Shown here: piece by piece, positions 24,974 to 35,066 of the stretch | Layout of the letters: each line of letters starts with the position of its first letter | How positions within the stretch are numbered: position 1 is the first letter of the stretch | Origin: a virus | Taxonomy: Duplodnaviria; Caudoviricetes | Virus record (IMG/VR): IMGVR_UViG_2903468256_000002 | Span: 1-64,000 of that record | Direction: 5' to 3' (one strand) | DNA length: 64,000 nucleotides | Notes under the pieces: model-generated | The model's database searches: none | What the model saw: only the letters and a program-made list of their open reading frames with translations | What the model was told of the DNA's origin: nothing | Made by a program: the position numbers and the translations under genes

Positions 24974-25537
24974 ATGAAAACAAAGGATGAAATTTCCGCC
25001 AGGAGGAAGGCCTATCGTGAACGTACTCGCGAAAGGGCAGCTGCCTATACGAAGGTGTATCGGGACAGGCACAAAGAGAGAGTTAACGATCAACGAAGAG
25101 ATCACTACGCCAACAATAAGTCCTCTATTCGTGAGAAAGGCAGAGAGCGACAACGTTCGAGGTCCATCAAGCAGAGGTTTCTTGATGGAGTCAAAGCCCT
25201 CATCTACCAACAAAATCGCAGGCAAACGGACCCAAATTTCAAGATCGCCCACCGGTTACGCGTCCGCATCAATAGAGTGTTAGGTGATCAGTACACAAAC
25301 GGCTCTGCGGTTTCGGATTTAGGTTGTTCAATTCCGGAGTTCAAAGCCTACATTGAAAGCAAGTTCCTCCCAGGCATGTCATGGGAGAACTGGGCGTTCG
25401 ACACCTGGCACCTTGATCACATCAAGCCCTTGGCGTCGTTCGATCTAACCGATCAGGCGCAGTTCCTACAGGCGTGCCACTACACAAACATGCAGCCCCT
25501 GTGGGCGTTGGACAACATGAAGAAGGGCGCCCGTTGA
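24974..25537 (+). CDS. HNH endonuclease
   Basis: WHLDHIKPLASFDL...CHYTNMQPLWALDNMKKG; basic helical N-terminus; lower GC than neighbours. Confidence 0.85.
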   Translation: MKTKDEISARRKAYRERTRERAAAYTKVYRDRHKERVNDQRRDHYANNKSSIREKGRERQRSRSIKQRFLDGVKALIYQQNRRQTDPNFKIAHRLRVRINRVLGDQYTNGSAVSDLGCSIPEFKAYIESKFLPGMSWENWAFDTWHLDHIKPLASFDLTDQAQFLQACHYTNMQPLWALDNMKKGAR

Positions 25538-27276
25538 GCCTGTACGCCGATTTCCTCACCCGGCTCCAACAAAAATTCCCCGAGGACGGGGCAGAGATGT
25601 CTATGTCGGACTTCATCTGCGCGAACACCAGCCTCCGGAAGAAGCAGTTCTCGTTCAAGGGTTATGAGTTCCAGCGTCAGATAGTGGACGACCTACACCT
25701 CAACCTGTCGGTCATCAAGTGTTCGCAGGTGGGTCTGACCGAGGTCCAGATCCGAAAGTTCCTCAGCTTCCTCAAGCGCACCAACGGCATCAACGGCATC
25801 TTCTCTCTGCCGAACGATGACATGTACAAGCGCGTCTCAAAAACGCGCATCAAGCCGCTCGTCGATGACGAGCTTGTGTTCAACCAACACGATGCGTCGA
25901 AGAAACCAGCCCGGTCGATGGACCTATACCAGATCGATGACAGCTTCGGTTTCATCACCGGCGGCAAGGAAGGTGACGCCACCTCGATCAACGCTGACAT
26001 CATGTTCAACGACGAGGTCGATTTAACCGACCAGGAGATCCTTGCGCTCTACGGCTCCCGCTTGCAGGGCTCCGACATCAAGATGCGTCAGGGCTTCTCG
26101 ACTCCGACCTTTGAGGGCTACGGCATCGACAGCATGTACAAGGCGTCGGACCAGCACGAATTCCTGTGCCGGTGCGGCTGCGGCCACTGGAACCTGCCGG
26201 TCTTCAGCCCGCGTTTCGTCAGGATCCCTGGTCTCTCTGCGGATCTGAACGATCTCTCCGAAATCGACAACGATATGGCCGCGAAGTTCGATTTCGATGA
26301 CGCGTACATGATGTGCGAGCACTGTGGCCGGCGCCTCGATCTCGGTGACCCCGATCGGCGCGAGTGGGTGCCTCGACACCCCGGCCGGCTCGGCCGCGGC
26401 TACTGGGTTCGACCCTTCGCCACACCCCGCCTGAGCGTCCGATACATCGTCGAGCAGCTGCTCGACTACAAGCGCAAGAACTCAATCCGCCGCTGGTACA
26501 ACACTGTGCTCGGCGAACCCTACAACGACGCGAATGCCCGCCTCTCCATCCCGGAGATCGAGGCCGTCATGAAAGGCGAGGGAGCCGTAGATGTACCCGA
26601 TGGATCTCCAGTGGCTGTGGGTGTGGACGTCGGTCAGACCTGTCATGTTGTCGTGGCTCATCTGGGACTATCGGTACCGGTTGTTTTTGAATGGCTGCAA
26701 GTTCCCTCCGACCAACTGAAAGAGAAGCTGGCCGAGCTGCGCACGCGATACCACGTCGTCGCCGGGGGCATGGATCTTAACCCCTACGCCCCGCTCGCCA
26801 GGGAGATCCGAGACGACTCCAAGGGCATCATCATGCCCATTGAATATTCGACGAGCCTCAAGGCGGCGGCAGTGACCCTCGTCAAGGACGAGATGGACAA
26901 CATCACCCATGCTTCGTCTAACCGCACCGGCATCATCGACAAGATCGTAGGTGAGATCCGCGCCCGCCGCCTGGCGTTCGCCGGGTATGGCAACAAGAAG
27001 CTGATCATCCAGACGCACCTTCAAGACATGGTGCGCGTCGAGCTGCCCGAACAGCCCGCGAAATGGGTCAAGCTGACCGGCGACGACCACTTCTTCCACG
27101 CGCTCGGCTATCTTCTGCACTCGCTGCGGGTCCACGACTATATCGCCAGCCAGGACGAACAAGAGGAACGCCAAATGGCTATGCTCTTCGGTTTGAGCCC
27201 AACTGTGCAGCAGAATGAGGCATCACTTAATTACAGAACAAGGATCAAGACCCCATCTGTCCTGGGACTTGCATAA
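25534..27276 (+). CDS. terL: Terminase large subunit, lambda GpA-like
   Basis: IKCSQVGLTE (Walker A variant), FNDEVD (Walker B), FSTPT, CxCGC and CEHCG Zn motifs, GVDVG and DDHFFHA nuclease motifs. Confidence 0.92.
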   Translation: MSLYADFLTRLQQKFPEDGAEMSMSDFICANTSLRKKQFSFKGYEFQRQIVDDLHLNLSVIKCSQVGLTEVQIRKFLSFLKRTNGINGIFSLPNDDMYKRVSKTRIKPLVDDELVFNQHDASKKPARSMDLYQIDDSFGFITGGKEGDATSINADIMFNDEVDLTDQEILALYGSRLQGSDIKMRQGFSTPTFEGYGIDSMYKASDQHEFLCRCGCGHWNLPVFSPRFVRIPGLSADLNDLSEIDNDMAAKFDFDDAYMMCEHCGRRLDLGDPDRREWVPRHPGRLGRGYWVRPFATPRLSVRYIVEQLLDYKRKNSIRRWYNTVLGEPYNDANARLSIPEIEAVMKGEGAVDVPDGSPVAVGVDVGQTCHVVVAHLGLSVPVVFEWLQVPSDQLKEKLAELRTRYHVVAGGMDLNPYAPLAREIRDDSKGIIMPIEYSTSLKAAAVTLVKDEMDNITHASSNRTGIIDKIVGEIRARRLAFAGYGNKKLIIQTHLQDMVRVELPEQPAKWVKLTGDDHFFHALGYLLHSLRVHDYIASQDEQEERQMAMLFGLSPTVQQNEASLNYRTRIKTPSVLGLA

Positions 27277-27285
27277 GGACACGCT

Positions 27286-28731
27286 GTGGCGGCTTTTGAT
27301 TTTCTCAGCGCAATCATCCCTGCGAAAAAGAAGGCCAAAGTTGGTGGCACCGCTTCCACGCCTACTTTCAACCCGCAGCAGGTAGACCGCGTCCTCACGG
27401 TCCCGCAGTACCGGGATCACCTGACGGATCTGTTCACCTCCAGGCAGTCGGATGATAGCCGGACCCTTCTGCAATCCCTGTTCAAGTTCGATCCGGACGT
27501 CTCGGCCGCGCTGAACGCCTATCTCACGATGGCGAACACCGACTGGATCATGCTTGCGCGCGATCTTGAGGGCAACATCGACCGGGATGCGACCAAGAGC
27601 CTGATGCTGGCGATCGAGAAGATCGGCCGGCCCACCGATTACACGCTCGGCTTCCAGCTGAAGAAGAGCATGCGCTCGATCGCCGAGGAGCTGCGCTACA
27701 TGTGCCTGCTCCGCGGCGGCATCGCCGCCGAGCTGATCGTCGACAAGCAGATGCTGCCCGACCGCATTCGCAACGTCGATCTGGCCACCATCCAGTGGTA
27801 CGAAAAGAAGGCGGGCGATTACAAGCCGATCCAGAAGATCACGGGCTCGAACGACGAGATCAACCTCGACATCCCCACCTTCTTCGTATCACACTACCGC
27901 AAGGACCCGACCTCGATCTACGGCACCTCGACGTTCGTGTCGTCGATCAACACGATCGCTGCCCGTCAGCAGGTGATCAACGACCTCTACCGCATCATGC
28001 GCCTCACGGGCTTCCCCCGGATGGCTGTCGAGGTGGTCGAGGAAGTCCTGACCAAGAACGCACCCGAGAGCATCCGCTCGGACGACGTCAAGCTGCGTGA
28101 GTGGAAGGCCAATCGGCTGGGCGAAATTCGTTCGGTGATCGAGGGGCTCCGCTCCGATCAGCCGCTGATCCACTTCGACAGCGTGCAGCCGTCGATCATG
28201 AACGATACCAAGCCTGGCGCCGGCGTCGACATCACGGCGGTGATCGAGACGCTCAACGCCCAGAACCAGGCTGCGTTGAAGACCATGGCGACCGTCATCG
28301 GCCGCGGTGCCTCGGGCGTCAACACGGGCTCCGTCGAGGCGCGCATCGCTGCCATGAACGCCGACGAGCTCAACGAGCCGATCGCCGAGCTCCTGCAGAA
28401 CATTTTCTCCTTCATCCTGCATCAGACCGGCTTTCAGGGCTTCGTCGAAGTGCAGTTCCGCAAGGCCGAGCTGCGTCCCGATACGGAACTCGAGCCGCAG
28501 CTCATGCTCAAATCCAGCCGTCTGCGCCAGGATCTGTCGGACGGTCTCATCACCGACGACGAATATCACCTGTGGATGTACGGACGACTCCGGCCCGACA
28601 CCTCCCCCGAGGTAAGCGGCACCGGCTTCATGACCCCTGTCAAAACCAAGGCCGAGGAGGTCAGCCCCAACTCCGACCCCCTCGGCCGCTCCCTCGCGCC
28701 AGAGGGCGGCAAAGCGGCGAGGAGCAACTAG
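27286..28731 (+). CDS. Portal protein
   Basis: 481 aa directly after TerL; helical, with ends typical of portals. Confidence 0.8.
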   Translation: MAAFDFLSAIIPAKKKAKVGGTASTPTFNPQQVDRVLTVPQYRDHLTDLFTSRQSDDSRTLLQSLFKFDPDVSAALNAYLTMANTDWIMLARDLEGNIDRDATKSLMLAIEKIGRPTDYTLGFQLKKSMRSIAEELRYMCLLRGGIAAELIVDKQMLPDRIRNVDLATIQWYEKKAGDYKPIQKITGSNDEINLDIPTFFVSHYRKDPTSIYGTSTFVSSINTIAARQQVINDLYRIMRLTGFPRMAVEVVEEVLTKNAPESIRSDDVKLREWKANRLGEIRSVIEGLRSDQPLIHFDSVQPSIMNDTKPGAGVDITAVIETLNAQNQAALKTMATVIGRGASGVNTGSVEARIAAMNADELNEPIAELLQNIFSFILHQTGFQGFVEVQFRKAELRPDTELEPQLMLKSSRLRQDLSDGLITDDEYHLWMYGRLRPDTSPEVSGTGFMTPVKTKAEEVSPNSDPLGRSLAPEGGKAARSN

Positions 28732-28733
28732 CC

Positions 28734-29078
28734 ATGGCCCAGAACTTCCGCGGCAAGATCATTGAGGCCGGCTATCCCTGGAGCATCCGGATCCAATTCA
28801 CCAACTCGATAAATTTCCCAGTTGAGGCCACCTTCACCTCGCAGGTGCGTGAGAAACCAGAGTCGGCCCTGCCGATCATCGAGTTGACCACTGCCAACGG
28901 TGGCGTCGTCCGGCTTGATAGCGTGACGCTGGAGATACACATCCCGGAGACAAGCCCAGGTATCTGGCCGGTCGGGAAGACCGTCGTGCTCGACGTCATA
29001 CGCACCGATGGCACGCAGAACGAACATCTCGGGATCCTTCTGCAGGTCCCAGTCCGAAATCCCGTGACTAGGCTGTAA
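28734..29078 (+). CDS. Small beta-sandwich virion protein (BppU-N-like fibre adaptor)
   Basis: GYPWSIRIQF...FTSQVR...ELTTANGG...VLDVIRTD pattern; precedes the fibre. Confidence 0.5.
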   Translation: MAQNFRGKIIEAGYPWSIRIQFTNSINFPVEATFTSQVREKPESALPIIELTTANGGVVRLDSVTLEIHIPETSPGIWPVGKTVVLDVIRTDGTQNEHLGILLQVPVRNPVTRL

Positions 29079-29079
29079 C

Positions 29080-31329
29080 ATGGTAGACATGATCACAATC
29101 GAAGACGCAAGTGACGAATTGCTCCTCTTCGGCGGTCAACTTGGTGACAACATCCTCAAGATTGAGGCTATTGGCCCCAAGGGCGACGATGGCGACAAGG
29201 GCGACAAGGGCGACACCGGTAAGCAGTTGATATATGTAACTGGAGCCCCGGCGACCAACGTTGGTAATGTCGGCGACTTTGCCATCAGAAACACCGGGGA
29301 TGTCTACGAAAAAACGGCGGCAAATGTCTGGACGCTGCGCTTCAATATAAAGGGTCCGCAGGGCGACCAAGGCATCCCTGGCCCTGGGGACATGAACGCA
29401 GCTGAATACGACAGCAACAACGACGGCAAGGTCAACGCGGCGGATGTCGCTGATAGCGCGCCGTGGGACGGTATCACGGACAAGCCGGCAGCGTTCCCGC
29501 CGGAGACCCACATCCACGCTGACGCGACCGAGACCGACCCCGGCTTCATGTCGGCCGCCGACAAGACAAAGCTCGACGGCGTCAGTGCTGGCGCCACGGC
29601 AAACGCGACCGATGCCGAGCTGCGCGACCGCTCGACGCACACGGGCACCCAGAGCGCGGATACCCTGACCGATGGCGCCACCAACAAGGCATTCTTGGCC
29701 GCCGAGCGCACGAAGCTGGCAGGTATCGCCGCCGGTGCAACGGCCAATCAGACCGACGCCTATCTGCTTTCGCGCGCCAATCATACGGGAACGCAGGGGC
29801 AGAACACCGTAACCAATCTCACGACCGATCTCGCCGCCAGGCAGCTGACCTCCGAAAAGGGCCAGGCCGGCGGTTATGCCGGTCTCGACGGCACCGGCAA
29901 GGTTCCGGCCGCGCAGATGCCGTCCTATGTCGACGATGTGCTTGAATACGCAAACCTTGCTGCCTTCCCTGGCACTGGCGAAGCGGCCAAGATCTATGTG
30001 GCGCTCGACACCAATAAGACCCATCGCTGGTCGGGATCGGCCTATGTCGAGATCTCCGCATCGCCCGGTTCCACGGACGCGGTGACGGAAGGCGCTACCA
30101 ATCTGTATTTCACGGCGGCCCGTGTTCGCTCTACGCTGCTGACCAGCCTCTCGCTGCTGACGAGCACCGCGGTCATCGCCACCGACACGGTGCTCGATGC
30201 GATTGGCAAGCTTCAGGCTCAGATCACCGGCCTGGTGGCCTCTGCTATTGGCTTCACGCCGGCAAATGGAATTGGTTCGACCAATGTGCAGGCCGCCATC
30301 GCCGAGATCGCACGCAATAACCGCAACTATCTGATCAACAGCAACGGTGCGATCAACCAGCGCGGTGTTATATCGGCGAACGATGATACCTACGCCTGGG
30401 ACCGGCATTACGTTCTGACCCAAACGGGAGCGGTTGGAACTGGCTTTATAGTCGATCCGACCCCTGGCGTTCTGTGCATGATGCGCCAAACACAAGCACA
30501 GGTAGCCGCGCAACGCATGGGCATTGCCCAGATTGTCGAAAGCATCAATTGCCGAGATCTGCAAAGCAGCGTCGTCACGCTGCTGGGCAAGCTGCGTTGT
30601 TCCTCGTCGCAGGCAATTCGATATGCGGTCCTTGAATGGACCGGAGCTCGTGACGTTGTGACCTCCGATGTCGTGAATTCCTGGACAAACGGCACCTTCA
30701 CCGCCGGTCAGTTCTTCACCTCGACCACGCTCAACGTGCTTGCAGTTGGCTCGACTACGCCTACCGTGGCGACCGTTACGGACTTCGCTCTTCAGGCGAC
30801 TGTTGGAGCGTCCGCCAACAACCTGATCGTGATGATCTGGACCGAAGGCACGGCAGCGCAGGGCGTAACGCTCGACGTAGCCTGGGAGCTGGTCGACGGC
30901 ACTCGGGATGCTTCTGCCTATCCGCTTGATCAGCGAACCATCCAAGACGAAGTAACGCTCTGTCAGCGTTACTATTGCAAAAGTTTTCCCCTTAATACAG
31001 CTCCAGTCGAAGGAGTTGCCTCATCGTGGATCGCAGGATTTGCGTGGTCAGCAGCAGCCATCGGGACGCAGACAATTAGTTTTCCTGTATCGATGATCGG
31101 CATTCCGACAATAACCTTTTTTAAGCCAGCTCAGATCACCGGAACAAACAGCAAGTGGCAATGGTTCGATAGCGGACTGGGCAGCTACCAAGACAGTTCC
31201 GCGACGATTGTTTCCAGTGGCGCAATACAAAGTAACGCCAGCTTTTCTGCCAACCTTACGGTGGCGGGTGCGACGGCGAAAGGCGGCTACATTGTGCAAG
31301 GCAATTGGACTGCGGAGGCCGAACTGTGA
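29080..31329 (+). CDS. Fibre protein with collagen-like repeats and a C-terminal carbohydrate-binding-like domain
   Basis: GPKGDDGDKGDKGDTG, GPQGDQGIPGPG; YVDDVLEY..FP.TGE..KIYVA motif; NYLINS...CQRYY domain. Confidence 0.8.
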   Translation: MVDMITIEDASDELLLFGGQLGDNILKIEAIGPKGDDGDKGDKGDTGKQLIYVTGAPATNVGNVGDFAIRNTGDVYEKTAANVWTLRFNIKGPQGDQGIPGPGDMNAAEYDSNNDGKVNAADVADSAPWDGITDKPAAFPPETHIHADATETDPGFMSAADKTKLDGVSAGATANATDAELRDRSTHTGTQSADTLTDGATNKAFLAAERTKLAGIAAGATANQTDAYLLSRANHTGTQGQNTVTNLTTDLAARQLTSEKGQAGGYAGLDGTGKVPAAQMPSYVDDVLEYANLAAFPGTGEAAKIYVALDTNKTHRWSGSAYVEISASPGSTDAVTEGATNLYFTAARVRSTLLTSLSLLTSTAVIATDTVLDAIGKLQAQITGLVASAIGFTPANGIGSTNVQAAIAEIARNNRNYLINSNGAINQRGVISANDDTYAWDRHYVLTQTGAVGTGFIVDPTPGVLCMMRQTQAQVAAQRMGIAQIVESINCRDLQSSVVTLLGKLRCSSSQAIRYAVLEWTGARDVVTSDVVNSWTNGTFTAGQFFTSTTLNVLAVGSTTPTVATVTDFALQATVGASANNLIVMIWTEGTAAQGVTLDVAWELVDGTRDASAYPLDQRTIQDEVTLCQRYYCKSFPLNTAPVEGVASSWIAGFAWSAAAIGTQTISFPVSMIGIPTITFFKPAQITGTNSKWQWFDSGLGSYQDSSATIVSSGAIQSNASFSANLTVAGATAKGGYIVQGNWTAEAEL

Positions 31330-31754
31330 TTATCACGTCAGCAAAATATGTGGGTAGCGCGATGATCGTTGCCGTTATCGACGGTCAGGAGAAGAACGTT
31401 CCCGACGATCTTAGAAACATGCATCGTCAAGCAATCGAAGCCTGGGTCGCGGCTGGCGGCGAGATCGCGCCCTATGTGGCGCCACCGCCGTCGATGGATG
31501 ACTATTCGATCGCGATACAGCTTCATCTCGACGCTACGGCGGCAACCCGCCAATATGACAGCATTCAGACGGCTGTCACCTATCGCGGTGACAGCAACCC
31601 GGTCTTTGCTGCCGAAGCTGACGCGCTGTTCGCCTGGCGGTCCAGCGTCTGGACATATGCAACTGAGGAACTCGCCAGGGTCATGGCCGGCGAGCGGACA
31701 CAGCCTACAGTGGTGGCGTTCATCGCCGAGCTTCCCGAGATGGTTTGGCCCTGA
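31326..31754 (+). CDS. Fibre assembly chaperone-like protein (DUF4376-like)
   Basis: Follows the fibre; HRQAIEAWVAAGGEIAPY...WRSSVW...LPEMVWP. Confidence 0.6.
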   Translation: MIITSAKYVGSAMIVAVIDGQEKNVPDDLRNMHRQAIEAWVAAGGEIAPYVAPPPSMDDYSIAIQLHLDATAATRQYDSIQTAVTYRGDSNPVFAAEADALFAWRSSVWTYATEELARVMAGERTQPTVVAFIAELPEMVWP

Positions 31755-31814
31755 TCATCACTGTGCATCATACTGCTGCACAGCAGGTTTGCGCCCTGAC
31801 CAACAAATCACGAC

Positions 31815-32966
31815 ATGCCCCCCAGCAACGTAGGGCATATTGTGAAACAAATTTCGAAGACACCGGAGATCATCGCTCGCCTGAGACAGGCGATCGGGTC
31901 ATCCGCGTCGGTCGAGAACCTTGCCGTCTTCGAAGCCATTGCCCTCAACAATCTCCCGCTGCGTAAGCGTCACCCGCTCTACAACGGTGCGGTCGCGCAA
32001 CGCTCACTTCTCCTGGAAATGGCCCTGGCGCTCGAAGCTGAGAGCCGGCCTGTCCAGATCATGCACGAAGGCAGTCTGCTGCCGATCGGCCGCGTCTTTC
32101 ATGGCCGGGTGATCGACGGTGTCGACACCGAGCTCCGCGTCCTTTTCTGGATCGACAAGGAGCACGAGGACAAGATCCGTCAGATCGACAACGGGACCAT
32201 CGATCAAGTCTCGGTCGGGATCATGCCGAAGCAGATGATCTGCTCGGCAGACGGTTTCGATTTCCTCGGCCCCGAAGCCGGCCTTGAACACCTATTCACC
32301 GGCACTACGCCCGATGGCAACACGGTCGGTGAGAACGGCGTCTACTGCAAGATGGTGGGACTCGAAGCATTCTTCGAGATCTCCCTCGTCGGACAAGGCG
32401 GCGCCCAAAACGCGCGCATCGTGAACAACGATCAAAGTCATTTCTCGCCTCACATCAAGGCACTGGCTGCGAACGTCACGCTCGATCGTCTCGCACTCAC
32501 CGCAACTGCAACCACCAGGGAAAAGCCCATCATGGACGTCAAGGAACTCCTCGCCGAACTGCGCTCCACCGAGAAGGAGAGCATGAAGGTCACCATCGAA
32601 AACGAGGCGCTGAAGGCGACGAACCTCACCCTCACCAGCGAGCGCGATGCTCTCAAGACCCAGCTCGCCGCCGCCAGCCAGACCGAGCCGGCGGTCAAGA
32701 CCGAACTGGACGAGCTGAAGACCAAGCATACGGCCACGGAAGCCAGCCTCACGGCGGCCGACACGGCTCTCCGCGACATCTGCAAGAAGGTCCTGACGGC
32801 ATCCGGCCAGGTCGCCGCTGAAGTCCCGGAGAAGCTCGAAGACGTCGTCGCCAAGATCGCCGAAACCAAGATCAACCTGGTCGCCGGTGGGACTTCCCAG
32901 GGCGCCGAGAGTGATCTCGCAGCCTCGGTGGCGCCAGCGGTCACTTCCTTCCGCACCCGCCGCTAA
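31815..32966 (+). CDS. Prohead protease with C-terminal scaffold coiled coil
   Basis: MH..LLPIGRVF, IDQVSVG (Ser), EISLVGQG; coiled-coil C-terminus; precedes decoration and capsid genes. Confidence 0.75.
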   Translation: MPPSNVGHIVKQISKTPEIIARLRQAIGSSASVENLAVFEAIALNNLPLRKRHPLYNGAVAQRSLLLEMALALEAESRPVQIMHEGSLLPIGRVFHGRVIDGVDTELRVLFWIDKEHEDKIRQIDNGTIDQVSVGIMPKQMICSADGFDFLGPEAGLEHLFTGTTPDGNTVGENGVYCKMVGLEAFFEISLVGQGGAQNARIVNNDQSHFSPHIKALAANVTLDRLALTATATTREKPIMDVKELLAELRSTEKESMKVTIENEALKATNLTLTSERDALKTQLAAASQTEPAVKTELDELKTKHTATEASLTAADTALRDICKKVLTASGQVAAEVPEKLEDVVAKIAETKINLVAGGTSQGAESDLAASVAPAVTSFRTRR

Positions 32967-32996
32967 ACCGCAACAGGAACACAGGGAAACACATCC

Positions 32997-33434
32997 ATGC
33001 CCACCTATTCTCACCAGAACGTCACGCTGCGCGGGTTCCACTGGGAAACCTCGTCGCTCACCGGCAACCTCGCCACTGGTATCACCGCAAACGACGTCGG
33101 CAAGGCCGTCTCGGTGGACCCCTCCGGCGCGAACAAGTTCAAGCTGTCGGGCGATGGCGACGTCATCGTCGGCCGTCTCGCTTCGGTCGAGGACCGCAGC
33201 GTCGAAGGCTCGCTGATCGGCGCGATCGAGTTCCAGTTCGCCAACATGCTTCCGATCAAGGCTGGCCTCGCGGCCGGTGAGATCGTGGCTATCGGGTCCA
33301 CGGTCATTGGCGCCGGGAACGGTGAAGTCAAGGCCCTTACGACCGGCAGCGGTCCCACCGTCGCCGCCCCGAACCACAACATCAACTTCGTCGCTGAAAT
33401 CATCGGCACGAACGCGGTGGTCGTGAAGATCTAA
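32997..33434 (+). CDS. Capsid decoration/cement protein
   Basis: Beta-rich 145 aa between protease and MCP; DVGKAVS..GDGDVIVGRL. Confidence 0.65.
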   Translation: MPTYSHQNVTLRGFHWETSSLTGNLATGITANDVGKAVSVDPSGANKFKLSGDGDVIVGRLASVEDRSVEGSLIGAIEFQFANMLPIKAGLAAGEIVAIGSTVIGAGNGEVKALTTGSGPTVAAPNHNINFVAEIIGTNAVVVKI

Positions 33435-33466
33435 TCGAACCCCGAACGAAACGAGGAATACCGACA

Positions 33467-34666
33467 ATGCAATACAAGCCTCTCTCTCAGGTCAAGCGTC
33501 GGGGTGTCGAAGCTCTCGCCGCCCTGCGCTCCGAAGACGCCCAGGCGTCGAAGGGTGCCGGCCAGAAGATCCTTGCCGAAGCCAAGTCCTTTGGCCTCGG
33601 CATGCGCGACTACCTCAACCTCGCGATCGACGTGCGCGGTTCCGAGGAAGCTGACAAGCGCTACCGCGACGACCGCGGATATCTCTCGGGCTACGAGGCC
33701 TCGCTGGCCTTCCTGAACCTGCCGATCCAGAACGACTTCGAGCGCGGCATCGTGCTGGAAGCTGCGTCGGACACGTTCCAGACGTTCCCCGGCGTCCGCG
33801 CCATCTTCCCGGAAGTCGTCGATGACGTCGTCCGCTGGAAGTTCCGCCAGGACAACCTGGAGACGACCTCGGCACTCGTTGGTTCGAGCCGTACCATGTC
33901 GGGCGTCGAGCTGATCTCGACGGTCGTGGATGACAAAGCTGACGACTACCAGGTCGTGTCGGCCGTGGCCGAGCTCGGTCGCTTCCCGGTCAAGACGATC
34001 CGTCTGTCCGAGCAGTCGGTCAAGTTCTACAAGCACGGCGGTGGCTACCGCTTCTCGTACGAGTTCGACCGTCGCGCCAGCATCGAGACGCTGGTGCCCT
34101 ACGTCAACCGTATGGACCGTGAGAAGGAAATGTCGAAGGTCCGCGCGGCCACGCACATCCTGATCAACGGTGACGGCGTGAACCCGGCCGCTCCGGTCGT
34201 TGGCCAGAAGGACTTCGTGTCCACCGCCACCGACAAGAAGCTGAACTACGAAGCGCTGCTTCGCTGGTTCGTGGCCCGTGCCCAGGCTGGTATCCCGATC
34301 GACACCGTTGTCGGCAACTGGGACACCTACATCGACTGGCTGCTCCTGTTCGCCATCCCGGTGTCGAACAACAGCCGCACCGATGCGGAGAACCTGGCGG
34401 CTTCGGGCTATCAGATCGGCGGCGTGCCGATCCTGAAGGGCACCGTGAACTTCGCCCTGTCGTCCGCTGCCCCGGCCAAGCAGCTTGTCGGTATGTCGCG
34501 CGGCGACACGCTGGAAGAGCTGAACGAGGGCGGTTCGCAGATCGAGGAGACCGAGCGCGCGATCACCAACCAGTCGATTACGTTCACGAAGTCCGAGAAC
34601 ACCGGATACAAGCTGGCCTTCAGCGACACCCGGTCGATCTACGACTACGACAGCACGGACGACTAA
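33467..34666 (+). CDS. Major capsid protein
   Basis: 399 aa, position, strong codon bias, VAELGRFP...KFYKHGGGYRFSYE, followed by a terminator. Confidence 0.8.
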   Translation: MQYKPLSQVKRRGVEALAALRSEDAQASKGAGQKILAEAKSFGLGMRDYLNLAIDVRGSEEADKRYRDDRGYLSGYEASLAFLNLPIQNDFERGIVLEAASDTFQTFPGVRAIFPEVVDDVVRWKFRQDNLETTSALVGSSRTMSGVELISTVVDDKADDYQVVSAVAELGRFPVKTIRLSEQSVKFYKHGGGYRFSYEFDRRASIETLVPYVNRMDREKEMSKVRAATHILINGDGVNPAAPVVGQKDFVSTATDKKLNYEALLRWFVARAQAGIPIDTVVGNWDTYIDWLLLFAIPVSNNSRTDAENLAASGYQIGGVPILKGTVNFALSSAAPAKQLVGMSRGDTLEELNEGGSQIEETERAITNQSITFTKSENTGYKLAFSDTRSIYDYDSTDD

Positions 34667-34674
34667 GAGCCCCG

Positions 34675-34704
34675 AAGGCCTGTCACCGGACGGTGACAGG
34701 CCTT
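34675..34704 (+). terminator. Terminator after the major capsid gene
   Basis: AAGGCCTGTCACCG-GA-CGGTGACAGGCCTT inverted repeat. Confidence 0.8.
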
Positions 34705-34724
34705 TCCCGCGTTGAGGAAACACC

Positions 34725-35066
34725 ATGATCAAACTGCTTGCGGAAACCAAGGGCTCCTTCCAGCTCCACGACCTGGCCCACAAGGGTCAGCGAATTCACG
34801 CTCGTCGACCGAGCGTCATCGAAAACTCGCACTTCATCCAGGATCGCATCGGCCGCGGCCAGGTGCGGATCATCTCCGAGCTCAAGCCGGAGGCGGCCGA
34901 CGCTGACTTCGTCGCCTACATGAAGGAGAGCGAAGGTGATGAACAGCTGGCGATCGACGCCTTCCTGGCGGAATTCGGCGGGGAAGCCGTCGAACAGCCG
35001 ATCAAGAAGAAGCGCGGCGCCAACAAGCCGAAATCCGACGAGATGCCCAACCTGGAAGACGCCTGA
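34725..35066 (+). CDS. Hypothetical virion-associated protein
   Basis: GAGGA SD; head-tail region. Confidence 0.65.
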   Translation: MIKLLAETKGSFQLHDLAHKGQRIHARRPSVIENSHFIQDRIGRGQVRIISELKPEAADADFVAYMKESEGDEQLAIDAFLAEFGGEAVEQPIKKKRGANKPKSDEMPNLEDA

